Notes under the pieces: generated by a model
What the model saw: the letters and a program-made list of their open reading frames with translations, nothing else
Databases searched by the model: none
Told to the model about the DNA's origin: nothing
Position numbers and translations under genes: made by a program
In this document: one piece after another, positions 30,402 to 40,641 of the stretch
How positions within the stretch are numbered: the stretch's first letter is position 1
How the letters are laid out: every line of letters starts with the position of its first letter
Assembly (NCBI GenBank): GCA_013152275.1
Contig: JAADGS010000073.1
Coordinates: forward strand, 1-64,000
Reading direction: 5' to 3'
Length of the DNA stretch: 64,000 nucleotides
From: Actinomycetota bacterium
Lineage (GTDB): Bacteria > Actinomycetota > Acidimicrobiia > Spongiisociales > UBA4744

Positions 30402-31277
30402 TCAATCACCCAGGATCGGCAGAAGGGCTCGCTTGATCTTCTTGACATCTCTGGCGCCGAGCTTTGCGAGCGGTACCCGTGGGTAGCCGGGTCGGAGCCC
30501 GACCATCTCGGCGGCGGCCTTCACGCCGGGGATCCTGTAGGCCTCGACCGCCGAGGCGATCCTGGTCAGTTCCGCCTGATCCGACAGCGCGCTCCTGGGA
30601 GACCGACGTGTCTTTGCGATGACGTCGAGGACCGTGGCCGTGAGGTAGTTGGACGAGGCAGTGATCGCGCCGTAGGCACCCGCAGTCACGCAGAAGGTGA
30701 TGGACCGGGTCGCTCCGGTGAACAACAGGAAGTCCACCGGAGTCTCTTGCACGAGGCGGGCCATCCGCGCGACGTCGCCTCCGGAGTCTTTCATGCCGAC
30801 GATGTTGGCATGGTGTGACAGTTCGACGACCAGGTCGGTGGGGATCTCGTAGGCGGTCCACGGAGGGACCGAGTAGATCATCACCGGCAGGGGAGAGGCG
30901 TCGGCCAGGGCGAGGAAGAACCGGCGGACGGCAGCATGGTTGCCTCGGGCAAGGGTGGTCGGGGTCATGGCGAGGATGGCGTCGGCACCGGCTTCGACGG
31001 CCTCGGCGGTCTGCCGGACGGCCGTTCGAACCGTTTCCGCGGCGATGCCGCACAGCAGAAAGGTCTTGTTGCCGAGCGCGTTCCGTGCAGTGTCGAGAAG
31101 GGCCTGGCGCTCTCCGGGTTCCAGGTAGGGGCCTTCACCGGTCGAACCGGCGATCAGGAAGCCTTTGATCTTCCGCTCGGTGAGTGTGGTCAGGTTGTGT
31201 CGATGGGCATCGAGGTCCAGATCACCGGTTCGAGTGAACGGTGTGACGAGCGCAGGCATCAGGCGGGGTGGTTGCAT
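30402..31277 (-). CDS. Dihydrodipicolinate synthase family aldolase
   Basis: PALVTPF, GSTGE, IYSVP, GMKDSGG. Confidence 0.88.
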   Translation of the reverse strand: MQPPRLMPALVTPFTRTGDLDLDAHRHNLTTLTERKIKGFLIAGSTGEGPYLEPGERQALLDTARNALGNKTFLLCGIAAETVRTAVRQTAEAVEAGADAILAMTPTTLARGNHAAVRRFFLALADASPLPVMIYSVPPWTAYEIPTDLVVELSHHANIVGMKDSGGDVARMARLVQETPVDFLLFTGATRSITFCVTAGAYGAITASSNYLTATVLDVIAKTRRSPRSALSDQAELTRIASAVEAYRIPGVKAAAEMVGLRPGYPRVPLAKLGARDVKKIKRALLPILGD

Positions 31278-31377
31278 CGGCGTGAGGCTACTACCTGGCG
31301 AAGACGCACCGGAACGAATGGCTCGAGGATGTCCCAGGGTCCGATCCTCGCGTGTTCTCGGACAGCGTCCTGTCGGC

Positions 31378-31938
31378 TCAGGGAGTCGGGTCCGGCTCGA
31401 TGTGCATCACCGTGTCCGCAGCCCAGCAGGTGTTGACGACAGGGTCTCTGTTGCACACGGAGCCGGAGAACCACGCGAAACCGGTGAGCCAGTCATGGTC
31501 GAAGACCACACGGGTTCCGAGCCAGTCCCTGTCGGATCCGTCGTTGTCTCGCACCGCCTCAGGCCAGTTCTCCTCCAGCGCGAACCATGTGCCGCAGCGG
31601 AGGAACGCTCCGTCGTCCCCGCTCACGAACGGACGGTATCGTTGGCGGGGTCCGATCGTGCCGGATTCGTCGGATTTGTAGATCCACACTTCAACGACCG
31701 CGCCACTGATGTCACGAATCGCCCCGGCGGTCGCTTCGAGGATGGCGCAGTCGGCACCGGACTCGTCACCGGCGGCCGCCCCAACCCGAGCGCCTTCGCG
31801 CGTGCCGGCCGTGACACTCAGCCAGTCGCGAAGCCCCATGCCCCACTCGACGCTCCCAAGGGCCACGAGCAGCAGCAGGCTGAGGATCAATGCGGCTTCG
31901 ATGACGGCGACGCCTTGTTCGTTGCGGATCCGCTTCAT
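31378..31938 (-). CDS. tadE: TadE-like minor pilin
   Basis: Prepilin site EQG|VAVIEAA then TM; REGARVG; HDWLT; C-terminal IEP. Confidence 0.85.
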   Translation of the reverse strand: MKRIRNEQGVAVIEAALILSLLLLVALGSVEWGMGLRDWLSVTAGTREGARVGAAAGDESGADCAILEATAGAIRDISGAVVEVWIYKSDESGTIGPRQRYRPFVSGDDGAFLRCGTWFALEENWPEAVRDNDGSDRDWLGTRVVFDHDWLTGFAWFSGSVCNRDPVVNTCWAADTVMHIEPDPTP

Positions 31939-31945
31939 CGTGTCA

Positions 31946-33385
31946 TCAAGGGTTCGGGATCAGTCGGACCGGGTTGCCGATGATCCGGGCCATCCAGGTC
32001 GTTCTGTCGTGTGGCTGGTTGAGTTCGATTTCCATGTACCACCAGCAATCGGATGAGCACGTGTAGCTCGACGGAATCTCGACGTTTGCCGTGACCCATT
32101 GGCCGTTGAAGATGGGGCTGCCGTCCGAGGTCTGAATCCTGCACGGCCCGCTGCTGCTGCTTCCGGTGATGGTGCCGTTCTCATCCTCGGAGAACCATGA
32201 GCACTGGGCCGTCGTACCATCGGGCATCTTGACGGTCATGTAGGCGTTGCCGTTGTCTTCGCCCGGGTCGTAGAAGTGCAGCTCGAGCCTCTTGCCCGCA
32301 TGGAGCTGTTCGACTTTCGCCAGGTTCAGTATCCCGGTGGCGCCCGGTTGATTGGTGAAGATCGAGATGTCGTTGATGCCGTAGACGTGTGGGTTCGATC
32401 CCGAGGAAACCGAGGCATGGACCGAGTACTGGTTCGTGCCGCCGAGATCTCCGGTGGTCCAGACTCGCAGGACATAGATGCCCGGTGTCAACGTGCCGCC
32501 GACATCGCAGAGCTCTGCCCAGCGGTTCTTGTAGGTGGAGGCATAGGAGCCGCTGGGGATGTCGAACCGGCAGCCGGCGATGGGAAGGTTGTCGGTCGGG
32601 TCGAGTGGCGTGGTATCCGGCTCGTACAGTTCGAAGTGGGTATCGGTTCCTCCACCATCGTCTTGGGCGCGATCGCCCGTCTGATAGCTGAAGTTGCCTC
32701 GTTCGTAGAACCCGGCATCGTAGATGTGAACCTTGAGGTTTGAAGAGCCGGGTGCCACTTCGATGCCGTAGTAGTAGCCGGCCGGCCGGTACTGGGAGTT
32801 GTTGAAGTGGCTTCCGGACCACGGGTCATCCCAGAATTCGGTCGCGAATGCATCCCCGTTGAACTTGTTGGTGAGACGACCGGAGATCGCGGCCCAGAAA
32901 TTCGGATCTCCACCGGTGCAGTTGGTGCCCGGGGGATTGACCGGCGCTTCGCCGAAGCAGTTGTCGGGGCTGCCTATCGGCACGGGTTTGATGTATTGGG
33001 CGGTCGACGTTCTGGTGATCGTGAACTGGTCGAACCCGATGATGCGCAGGAGATAGGTGGGCACGGTGGTGGTCAGCACCACCTGGAGGCTGTTGTCGGC
33101 GAGTGGGATGAGTTGGACGCCTCCTCCCGGATACCCGTTGGCGGCCGCGGCGGCGTCGGCGTCGTTCTGGGCCTGATCCAGGAAACCGGGCAGGTTCACC
33201 ACCCCTGCGAGTGCGGCTGAGTCGGCGGCGTTCTGCAGTCTGGACGAGTTGAGGTACAGCCATGTGAGGTCGACGGAGAGCGCTGCGAATGCGAGGAGCA
33301 CGACGAGCGAACCGGCCGCCCATACGAGGACGGCTCCGTTCTCGGATGTCTCGAGTCGCAGGAGTTTCCGCAGTCGCGACCTCAT
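31946..33385 (-). CDS. TadG-like large minor pilin / putative tip adhesin
   Basis: ENG|AVLVW then TM; LQNAADSAALAG; about 330-aa Cys/Gly/Asn-rich C-terminal domain; ATGA overlap with upstream tadE. Confidence 0.85.
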   Translation of the reverse strand: MRSRLRKLLRLETSENGAVLVWAAGSLVVLLAFAALSVDLTWLYLNSSRLQNAADSAALAGVVNLPGFLDQAQNDADAAAAANGYPGGGVQLIPLADNSLQVVLTTTVPTYLLRIIGFDQFTITRTSTAQYIKPVPIGSPDNCFGEAPVNPPGTNCTGGDPNFWAAISGRLTNKFNGDAFATEFWDDPWSGSHFNNSQYRPAGYYYGIEVAPGSSNLKVHIYDAGFYERGNFSYQTGDRAQDDGGGTDTHFELYEPDTTPLDPTDNLPIAGCRFDIPSGSYASTYKNRWAELCDVGGTLTPGIYVLRVWTTGDLGGTNQYSVHASVSSGSNPHVYGINDISIFTNQPGATGILNLAKVEQLHAGKRLELHFYDPGEDNGNAYMTVKMPDGTTAQCSWFSEDENGTITGSSSSGPCRIQTSDGSPIFNGQWVTANVEIPSSYTCSSDCWWYMEIELNQPHDRTTWMARIIGNPVRLIPNP

Positions 33386-33939
33386 TCGAACGCCTCCGGT
33401 TCCATGCGCAGGATGGTGCTCTCGTCGATGACGTAGCTCCCGGTGAAGGGCGGGAAGCCGGTGATCCAATTGTGCGTCATCTGGATGCGGATGCCGATGA
33501 TGTCCAGTGGTTGTGAACCGGCAGCGGTCTGTCGCGTGGACGAGGGCCACTGTTCGACGACGCTCCAGTTCAGGAGAGGATTGGCGCACGGATCCGGATC
33601 GCCGCCCGTGTAGGTCCATGTGTTCGTGCGCGACGCGATCTGGTCACCATCGGAGGTCGCCTCGTAGATCTCGAAGCGGTCGACGCGATCGAGGAAGCCG
33701 TTGGGGAGAAAATCGACGATGCTTGTCATGATCTGGCAGTCGGCGTCTGGCGCCGTCCCCACGAACGCGCCTGTGCGGACTCCTTCGCGTGCGGCCTGTT
33801 CGACGGTGAGGAAGTCGTAGAAGGACATGCCGAACTCCATGATTCCGATGAAGAGGAGCATGATGAGCGGCATGACCAAGGCGAACTCGACGAGCGTCGC
33901 TCCGTCTTGGCGACGGTTTTGCCCGCGAAGAGGTCTCAC
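33382..33939 (-). CDS. tadE: TadE-like minor pilin
   Basis: QDG|ATLVEFALV; AAREGVRTG; HNWIT; MEP. Confidence 0.88.
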   Translation of the reverse strand: MRPLRGQNRRQDGATLVEFALVMPLIMLLFIGIMEFGMSFYDFLTVEQAAREGVRTGAFVGTAPDADCQIMTSIVDFLPNGFLDRVDRFEIYEATSDGDQIASRTNTWTYTGGDPDPCANPLLNWSVVEQWPSSTRQTAAGSQPLDIIGIRIQMTHNWITGFPPFTGSYVIDESTILRMEPEAFE

Positions 33940-34097
33940 TCGTTTCCTCCCAGGGCTGTCTCCCAGCGTGGCGGCATCATCGCGCCACTGGCCCAGCCAT
34001 GGAATCTACACGACGCGATGAGAACTGCAACGGCGAAGGCCTTGAACGTGGTTGCGAACCGGAGGACGGCGATGTCCCGGTCGTCACGAGATCTCAT
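33936..34097 (-). CDS. Possible 53-aa small protein coupled to tadE
   Basis: MRSRDDRDIAVLRFATTFKAFAVAVLIASC...GGNE*; its TGA overlaps the GTG of tadE; GGAAGG upstream. Confidence 0.3.
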   Translation of the reverse strand: MRSRDDRDIAVLRFATTFKAFAVAVLIASCRFHGWASGAMMPPRWETALGGNE

Positions 34098-34262
34098 GAT
34101 ATCGCCGCCTTCCACCGGACAGCGACGCGTACGCAGTGTGATGCCAAGGAATAGAAGAGTCGAGGGAGATCTGCAGGCTGATCACGACCTCATCCCTTTT
34201 CTGCTCGCGAGGGCGCTTTCCGGGCCTTCCGGTCCCATACATGACAACCACGTCAGGCGTTC

Positions 34263-34291
34263 AGAATATCACTGTCCGTGGTCTCGGGCAA
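34263..34291 (-). promoter_or_regulatory. Putative sigma70/HrdB-type promoter for the second Tad cassette
   Basis: Minus strand TTGCCC-N17-TATTCT with TGn extended -10. Confidence 0.45.
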
Positions 34292-34307
34292 GGGGTTCGT
34301 CTGTACC

Positions 34308-35783
34308 CTATTTCCCCAGAACGAGGTGAAGGGGACTGCCGATGATGTAGGCACGCCACGTCGTCGTGTCCTGGGTCGTTCCGTTATACGCGTAGTGCAC
34401 TTTCCACCAGCCGCCCGGATAGGTGGCGGGGAGATCGAACTCTGCTTTGAGCCACTTGCCGTTGTAGTCGTGGGCCGGTCTGGTTGCGTCGATCGTGCAT
34501 GAGGTCCCCGAGGGGTGGGTGGTGAGCGCCGACCAACTGTCGGTCACCTCGTTTCGCATGCTTACGCGACACCCGCCGGACCACGGGCTTCCGTCGGGAC
34601 CGAGGAAGGAGATGATGTTGCTGACATTGTTCTGCGCGTCGCCCGGGTCGTAGAGCTCGACGACGAACGTCTTTCCCCGGTACGAAGAAGCCACTTCGGC
34701 GAGGTAGAAGTCGGCGCTCGTCGCCGAGATGTTGTTGAAGATCGAGATGTCACGGATCCCGTAGAGGCGCGGCGTCGCTCCGACACCGGTCACGTTGAGC
34801 GAGTAGCGGTTGAGGCCCGTATCGTCCTGCTGCCTCGGTGTGTCGACCCGGATCTCCAGCGGATAGATGCCCGGTGCAGGATTGGCGACCGTACAGAGCG
34901 ATTCCCAAACATAGGGGGCACCGGCGGCGAGCTCCGGCTCGGGGGGCTTGGTCACGCTGCATCCGGGGACCGGTGTGTTGTCGGAGATATCCAGCGGTGT
35001 GGGATCCGGGTAGTAGAGCGTCGCGATGACGGTATGGCCCGCTCCGCCGCATCCGCCGCAAACGTTGTGGTCTCCGGTGCGCTCATGATCGCCGCCGGGG
35101 GTGTGCAGGGCCAGGTCGAGGGTGTTGACGGTGAACGACGACGTTCCGGCAGCCACGTCCACGCCGTAGAGGTACCCGCGGTCCCGCCACGACGGATTGG
35201 GGGATGTGCTGCAATTCGCGCCGCTGCCGGCTCCGTCGGGACACCATGACGAGTAGGCGTCACCCATGCGCGTGTCCGTGTACTTGCCGTGGATGTTGGC
35301 CCAGAAGCCGACCCAGGTGCCGCTCTGAGGATCGTTCCCGAAGGTCGAGCCGGGACTTCCCATCGGCAGCGGGGGAACGAACTCGGCGATTGCCGATCGC
35401 GTGATCTTCTGGGAGGCCTTGCCGAACACCTTGAGAAAGAACGTCGGGACGGTCACCGAGACCGTGACTCTCAGTTCGTAGGGCGCGTTCGCGCCAGAGA
35501 CATCTTGGACTCTGGCCGGTGTGACGACGGCGGCGCCGACGCCGTCTGTGAAGCCGTTGGCGGTGGCGACCTGCCGTGCGGTATTGGAGGCGTCGGTCGC
35601 GAACTTCTCGGGCATGTAGATTACGCCGGCCAGTGCAGCCGCGTCTGCCGCGCGCTGAGCCCGGCTTGCGTTGAGGTAGAACCAACCGAGGTCGGTGGCG
35701 AAGGCCGACAGCCCGAGCAGAACGACGAGCATGATGCCCACCAGCGGGAGAACGGCTCCGCGTTCGGTCTGCGGCTGCTTCAT
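34308..35783 (-). CDS. TadG-like large minor pilin / putative tip adhesin (paralog)
   Basis: ERG|AVLPL then TM; AQRAADAAALAG; C-terminal blocks shared with 31946-33385. Confidence 0.85.
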   Translation of the reverse strand: MKQPQTERGAVLPLVGIMLVVLLGLSAFATDLGWFYLNASRAQRAADAAALAGVIYMPEKFATDASNTARQVATANGFTDGVGAAVVTPARVQDVSGANAPYELRVTVSVTVPTFFLKVFGKASQKITRSAIAEFVPPLPMGSPGSTFGNDPQSGTWVGFWANIHGKYTDTRMGDAYSSWCPDGAGSGANCSTSPNPSWRDRGYLYGVDVAAGTSSFTVNTLDLALHTPGGDHERTGDHNVCGGCGGAGHTVIATLYYPDPTPLDISDNTPVPGCSVTKPPEPELAAGAPYVWESLCTVANPAPGIYPLEIRVDTPRQQDDTGLNRYSLNVTGVGATPRLYGIRDISIFNNISATSADFYLAEVASSYRGKTFVVELYDPGDAQNNVSNIISFLGPDGSPWSGGCRVSMRNEVTDSWSALTTHPSGTSCTIDATRPAHDYNGKWLKAEFDLPATYPGGWWKVHYAYNGTTQDTTTWRAYIIGSPLHLVLGK

Positions 35784-36352
35784 CAGGGCACTCCCTGTGC
35801 AGGCTCGAGCTGGAACACGCTGTCGTCGGACCACGGGCCGCCCGGAAGCGGCATGAAGTTCGTCAACCAGGTGTGGTCGAAGATGATTCGCACACCGAGT
35901 TCATCCAGGCCCGGCAGGCGATTGTCACGGAGCGCGGGCGTCCAGGGACAGCCGTTGACCGCCATGCACATCCAGCCCCCGCCGGCCTTGGGGATATACA
36001 CATTGCTGGTGGAACACAGTCCTTCACTGCCGACGGCGCATCCCAGAGTGGCGTCGGCGGGATCTCCATTGCTGTCGGCTTTGTAGATCCAGACCGCCTG
36101 GATCGTAGACGAATGTATATCTGCCACGGCCTGTTCCACCGCGTTGAGGACGATCGTGTCTGCCGTGGCGGTGGTTCCGGCTGCCGAGCCGATACGCGCT
36201 CCGGTGCGCGCCGCGTTGGAGATGGACAGCCAGTCGATGAACGCGAATCCGAACTCGGCGACACCGAGCGCGAGGATCAGCAACATGGGCAGTACGAGGG
36301 CGGTCTCGATCAGGCTGACGCCACGCTCGGAACCGATCCGTTTTCGGGTCAT
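35783..36352 (-). CDS. tadE: TadE-like minor pilin
   Basis: ERG|VSLIETALV; AARTGARIG; HTWLT; LEP. Confidence 0.88.
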   Translation of the reverse strand: MTRKRIGSERGVSLIETALVLPMLLILALGVAEFGFAFIDWLSISNAARTGARIGSAAGTTATADTIVLNAVEQAVADIHSSTIQAVWIYKADSNGDPADATLGCAVGSEGLCSTSNVYIPKAGGGWMCMAVNGCPWTPALRDNRLPGLDELGVRIIFDHTWLTNFMPLPGGPWSDDSVFQLEPAQGVP

Positions 36353-36897
36353 GATCCAAAAACCTGAGGCTCGATGCGCATGATGACCGCCTTGGTCCAG
36401 TTGGAGATACCATCGTTATACATCGTCGTGAGCCAGTGGTGCTGGAATCGGACGGTGACCTCGATCCGCTCTGTCGGTGTGTCGATCTTTCTCCCGGAGG
36501 GAAGCCAGTTGGGTGGGACATAGGAGAGGTCGTCCGGATCGGGACACGGGGTCCAGCGGCAGGGTGTGGTGCCGTCCCACCGGTAGGTGGTCGTCTCCGA
36601 CATGTGATCGGGGTCGTCGATCGTGACGTCGACGATATCGCCCATCATCGAGGCGGTGAGGGCGCGTTCGACCGATCGTAGGATGGCGATATCTGCTGCC
36701 GAATCGTTGCCTGCCACGGCCCCGATCCGAGCACCCTCCCTGCTCGCGTGACTGATCGAGAGCCAGTCCTTGAAAGCCAGGCCGAATTCCATAATGCCGT
36801 ACAGGACGGTAATGAGAAGTACCGAGACGATGGCGAACTCGATGAGGGTTGCACCGTGGTCGTCCTTCATTCGGTTGGCAGGGTGCGGATCATGCAC
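36349..36897 (-). CDS. tadE: TadE-like minor pilin
   Basis: DHG|ATLIEFAIV; ASREGARIG; HHWLT; IEP; start is GTG 36897 or ATG 36870. Confidence 0.85.
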   Translation of the reverse strand: MHDPHPANRMKDDHGATLIEFAIVSVLLITVLYGIMEFGLAFKDWLSISHASREGARIGAVAGNDSAADIAILRSVERALTASMMGDIVDVTIDDPDHMSETTTYRWDGTTPCRWTPCPDPDDLSYVPPNWLPSGRKIDTPTERIEVTVRFQHHWLTTMYNDGISNWTKAVIMRIEPQVFGS

Positions 36898-36976
36898 ATT
36901 CCCCCCGATGGAAACCACTACTCTATGTGGTGACAGTACTGCAATAGGCGGTTGACCGCAAGGGGTCATGCGAAGG

Positions 36977-37005
36977 GTATCGGAGTTGGCGATCAATGTC
37001 TCGAG
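36977..37005 (-). promoter_or_regulatory. Putative sigma28-type promoter for the first Tad cassette
   Basis: Minus strand CTCG-N17-TCCGATAC; a sigma70-like TTGCGG-N17-TACTGT (36961-36933) lies just downstream. Confidence 0.4.
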
Positions 37006-37134
37006 GCGCGCGATATCTCGGGGGATCCGGTGGAAGAGCGATGACCGTGAGAAGCGCAGTTGTGTCCGTTTGCAGCGCCGGCGACGCCAGGCCCGTCCGT
37101 GTTTCCATCGCCGGCACCGACGGGTTCGAAAGAC

Positions 37135-37162
37135 GAGAGGGGCCCCGATCGGGGCCCCTCTC
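37135..37162 (-). terminator. Hairpin terminator after sdhB
   Basis: Perfect palindrome GAGAGGGGCCCCGATCGGGGCCCCTCTC followed on minus strand by GTCTTT. Confidence 0.75.
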
Positions 37163-37176
37163 CGGTTCGACGGCGG

Positions 37177-37944
37177 CTATTGGACCGTCTGGCCTATCCG
37201 TTTGCGGTTCTTGAGCTTCGCCTTGACGTAATCCAGGTTCATCAACGCGATGAAGTCGATCGAGACGCTCTTCGGGCATGCCGCCTCACACTCGCCGTGG
37301 TTTGTGCAGGAGCCGAAGTACAGCTCCATCTCGTCGACCATCGCCTCGACCCTGGTCCAGCGCTCCGGCTGGCCCTGCGGCAGCAGGTTCAGATGCGACA
37401 CCTTGGCAGCGGTGAACAGCTGTGCCGCACCGTTCGGACACGCGGCCACACAGGCACCACATCCGATGCAGGCCGCGGCATCCATGGCTGCGTCCGATGC
37501 AGGCTTCGGCACCAGAATCAGGTTTGCATCCGGGGCGCTGCCCGCTCGGATGGTGATGTATCCGCCGGCCTCGATGATGCGGTCGAGCGGGCTGCGGTCC
37601 ACCACGAGATCCTTGACGATCGGGAACGCTTTCGCTCGCCACGGTTCGACGACGATGGTGTCACCATCGTTGAACTTGCGCATGTGGAGCTGACAGGTTG
37701 CCGTTCCATCCTGCGGTCCGTGGGGATGGCCGTTGATCACTATGCCGCACATCCCGCAGATGCCTTCGCGGCAGTCGCTGTCGAAGGCCACCGGCTCTTC
37801 ACCCTTGGTGGTCAGTCGTTCGTTGACGACGTCGAGCATCTCCAAGAACGACATGTGCTCGCTGACGTCTTGCACGGGGATCGTTTCGAATCTGCCGGGA
37901 GCTTCGGGCCCGTCCTGGCGCCAGACTTTGAGTGTGACGTCCAT
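37177..37944 (-). CDS. sdhB: Succinate dehydrogenase/fumarate reductase Fe-S subunit
   Basis: [34 protein letters not shown]. Confidence 0.96.
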   Translation of the reverse strand: MDVTLKVWRQDGPEAPGRFETIPVQDVSEHMSFLEMLDVVNERLTTKGEEPVAFDSDCREGICGMCGIVINGHPHGPQDGTATCQLHMRKFNDGDTIVVEPWRAKAFPIVKDLVVDRSPLDRIIEAGGYITIRAGSAPDANLILVPKPASDAAMDAAACIGCGACVAACPNGAAQLFTAAKVSHLNLLPQGQPERWTRVEAMVDEMELYFGSCTNHGECEAACPKSVSIDFIALMNLDYVKAKLKNRKRIGQTVQ

Positions 37945-39869
37945 TACTTGTAGCTCCTTTGCGAGAGTGCCACGTACTCGAACTCGAGCGGCTCCTTGTG
38001 GAGAACCTCCTCGATCTCGTGGCCGATACCCTTGAACTCCCAGGCGGCGACATACGAGTACTCTTCGTCGTTGCGGAGTGCTTCGCCCTCTTCGGTCTGG
38101 CTCTCGACGCGGAAATGACCGCCGCACGACTCTCGCCTGTCAAGTGCGTCGAGTGCCATCAGCTCCGCCAGCTCGAAGAAGTCCCAGACTCGACCGGCGT
38201 TGGCCAGCGCCTGGTTGAAGCTCTCGTTCGTGCCGAGCACCTTCAGGTCGGAATGGAACTCCTCGCGAAGTTTCCGGATCATCTCCAGGGCCTCGGTGAG
38301 GCCGGCTTCGCTGCGTTCCATGCCGACGTGTGAGACGAGGATCTTGCCGAGCTCCTTATTGAACCAGGTGGCGGTCCGTGAGCCGTCGACCGAGAGCAGA
38401 CGATCGAGATGATCACGAACTTCTCGCTCGACCTTGGTGAAGGCTTCGCCGGCGACATCCATCGGTTCGGTTCCCAACAACGGGGCCAGATAGTTGCCGA
38501 TCGTGTAGGGGAGCACGAAATAGCCGTCGGCCAGGCCCTGCATCAGCGCACTCGCTCCGAGACGGTTGGCGCCGTGGTCGGAGAAGTTCGCTTCCCCGAT
38601 CACGAACAGCCCCGGGATGGTGCTCATCAATTCGTAGTCGACCCAGAGGCCGCCCATCGTGTAGTGCGTCGCGGGATAGATTCGCATCGGCACTTCGTAC
38701 GGGTTCTCGTCCGTGATGCGTTCGTACATCTCGAACAGATTGCCGTAGCGTTCCTCGATCGTCTCCCTGCCCAGCCGCTTGATGGCGTCGGTGAGATCCA
38801 GGTAGACGCCGTTCTTGCGCGGGCCGACTCCCCGTCCCTCATCGATCATCTTCTTCGCGTTGCGAGAGGCGACGTCACGGGGTACCAGGTTGCCGAACGA
38901 CGGATACCGCCGCTCCAGGTAGTAGTCCCGGTCCTCTTCGGGAATCTCGTTGGGAGGACGAGTCTCGTTCGGGTCCTTCGGTACCCAGATCCGCCCGTCG
39001 TTGCGCAGCGACTCCGACATGAGTGTCAGCTTCGACTGGAACTCCTCGCTCTGCGGGATACACGTCGGATGGATCTGTACGAAACATGGGTTGGCGAACG
39101 CCGCCCCTCGCCGATGTGCCCGCCAGATGGCCGTCGCATTGCTCGCCATGGCGTTGGTCGACAGGTAGTACACGTTGCCGTACCCGCCGGTGGCGAGCAC
39201 GACCGCATGTGCGGAGTGGCCCTCGATCTCGCCGGTGAGCAGGTTTCGAGTGATGATGCCGACCGCCTTGCCGTCGTGGACGACCAGATCGAGCATCTCC
39301 ATTCGGGTGTGCAGCGTGACCTTGCCGGCGCGGATCTGATTGGCCATCGCCTGGTAGGAGCCGAGCAGCAACTGCTGGCCGGTCTGGCCCCGCGCATAGA
39401 ACGTTCGTGACACGAGCGCCCCGCCGAACGACCGGTTCGCCAGGGTGCCACCGTACTCACGGGCAAACGGGATCCCCTGAGCGGTGCACTGGTCGATGAT
39501 CTTGTCGGCCACTTCGGCCAGGCGATGCACGTTGGCCTCGCGGGAACGGTAATCGCCACCCTTGACCGTGTCGTAGAACAGCCGGAACACCGAGTCGCCG
39601 TCGTTCGTGTAGTTCTTGGTGGCGTTGATACCGCCCTGGGCGGCGATGCTGTGGGCTCGTCGCGGCGTGTCGTGGTACGTGAAGACCTCGACGTCGTAGC
39701 CCAGTTCGCCGAGTGTCGCCGCCGCCGAAGAACCCGCCAAGCCGGCACCCACGATGATGATCTTGTACTTGCGCTTGTTGGCCGGGTTGACGAGCTTCGT
39801 GTGGAAGCGATAGTTCGTCCACTTCTCCCCGATCGGCCCCTCAGGGATCTTTGCATCGAGTTTGATCAT
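37944..39869 (-). CDS. sdhA: Succinate dehydrogenase/fumarate reductase flavoprotein
   Basis: [41 protein letters not shown]. Confidence 0.97.
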   Translation of the reverse strand: MIKLDAKIPEGPIGEKWTNYRFHTKLVNPANKRKYKIIIVGAGLAGSSAAATLGELGYDVEVFTYHDTPRRAHSIAAQGGINATKNYTNDGDSVFRLFYDTVKGGDYRSREANVHRLAEVADKIIDQCTAQGIPFAREYGGTLANRSFGGALVSRTFYARGQTGQQLLLGSYQAMANQIRAGKVTLHTRMEMLDLVVHDGKAVGIITRNLLTGEIEGHSAHAVVLATGGYGNVYYLSTNAMASNATAIWRAHRRGAAFANPCFVQIHPTCIPQSEEFQSKLTLMSESLRNDGRIWVPKDPNETRPPNEIPEEDRDYYLERRYPSFGNLVPRDVASRNAKKMIDEGRGVGPRKNGVYLDLTDAIKRLGRETIEERYGNLFEMYERITDENPYEVPMRIYPATHYTMGGLWVDYELMSTIPGLFVIGEANFSDHGANRLGASALMQGLADGYFVLPYTIGNYLAPLLGTEPMDVAGEAFTKVEREVRDHLDRLLSVDGSRTATWFNKELGKILVSHVGMERSEAGLTEALEMIRKLREEFHSDLKVLGTNESFNQALANAGRVWDFFELAELMALDALDRRESCGGHFRVESQTEEGEALRNDEEYSYVAAWEFKGIGHEIEEVLHKEPLEFEYVALSQRSYK

Positions 39870-39882
39870 GATGTCCCTCCGC

Positions 39883-40641
39883 TCACCCGACCACATGGGT
39901 CAGCACCGCGAGCGGGATGCTGACGTTGCCGATCACGATCACCAGGGCGAAGGCCGTGGCAAACCATCGTCGCCATGGGTTGAACCGTGTGTTGTTCCAC
40001 CCAAGACTCTGAAAGAGGCTCCATGCGCCGTGGTAGATGTGAAAGCCCAACAGGATGTTGGCGATGATGTAGAACGTTGCCACCGGCCAGCGGGAGAGGC
40101 TGGCCACAACGTTGTCGTACACCGCGCCGCGCACAAAGTCGGGGTTTACGTTGCCCCAGGTCAGGTCCATCAAGTGCCAGGCGATGAACGCCAGGATGAT
40201 CACGCCAGACCAGCGCATCGTCCTGGACGCGTAGTTCGCGACCAGATACTCCCTCGGAGTCCGGTAACGGACGGGTTTGGTGGCCCACCCCCTTGCTTTC
40301 CAGTTTGTGACGGTCAGCGAGTAGGCCGCATGGAGATGGAGCACGAGCGCCGCTGCGATCACGATGCGGAACAGCCAGAGGAAGACGGTGTGGGGGAGGA
40401 ACGGCTGAAGGATCGAACGCAGCCACTCGGCGTACTCGTCGAGGTGGTAGACACCTTCGGCATTTACGCCGAGGAAGATCTTCAGATTCCCGATCATGTG
40501 GGCGAGGACATACGTCAGGAAGAGGATGCCCGTTACCGCCATGACCCACTTCTTCCCGACATCCGAGCCGTAGAACTCGCCAAAGAACGTCCGGTACCGT
40601 TTGGGCGTCCTCTTGCCCGTGCCTTGTTGGGTGGTCGTCAC
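39883..40641 (-). CDS. sdhC: Succinate dehydrogenase cytochrome b subunit (single 5-TM anchor)
   Basis: [38 protein letters not shown]. Confidence 0.93.
   Translation of the reverse strand: MTTTQQGTGKRTPKRYRTFFGEFYGSDVGKKWVMAVTGILFLTYVLAHMIGNLKIFLGVNAEGVYHLDEYAEWLRSILQPFLPHTVFLWLFRIVIAAALVLHLHAAYSLTVTNWKARGWATKPVRYRTPREYLVANYASRTMRWSGVIILAFIAWHLMDLTWGNVNPDFVRGAVYDNVVASLSRWPVATFYIIANILLGFHIYHGAWSLFQSLGWNNTRFNPWRRWFATAFALVIVIGNVSIPLAVLTHVVG

Noticed and set aside
36900..37135. c-di-GMP riboswitch upstream of the Tad genes
   Set aside because: Hairpins are present but I could not find the class I or II consensus elements; an Rfam scan would settle it
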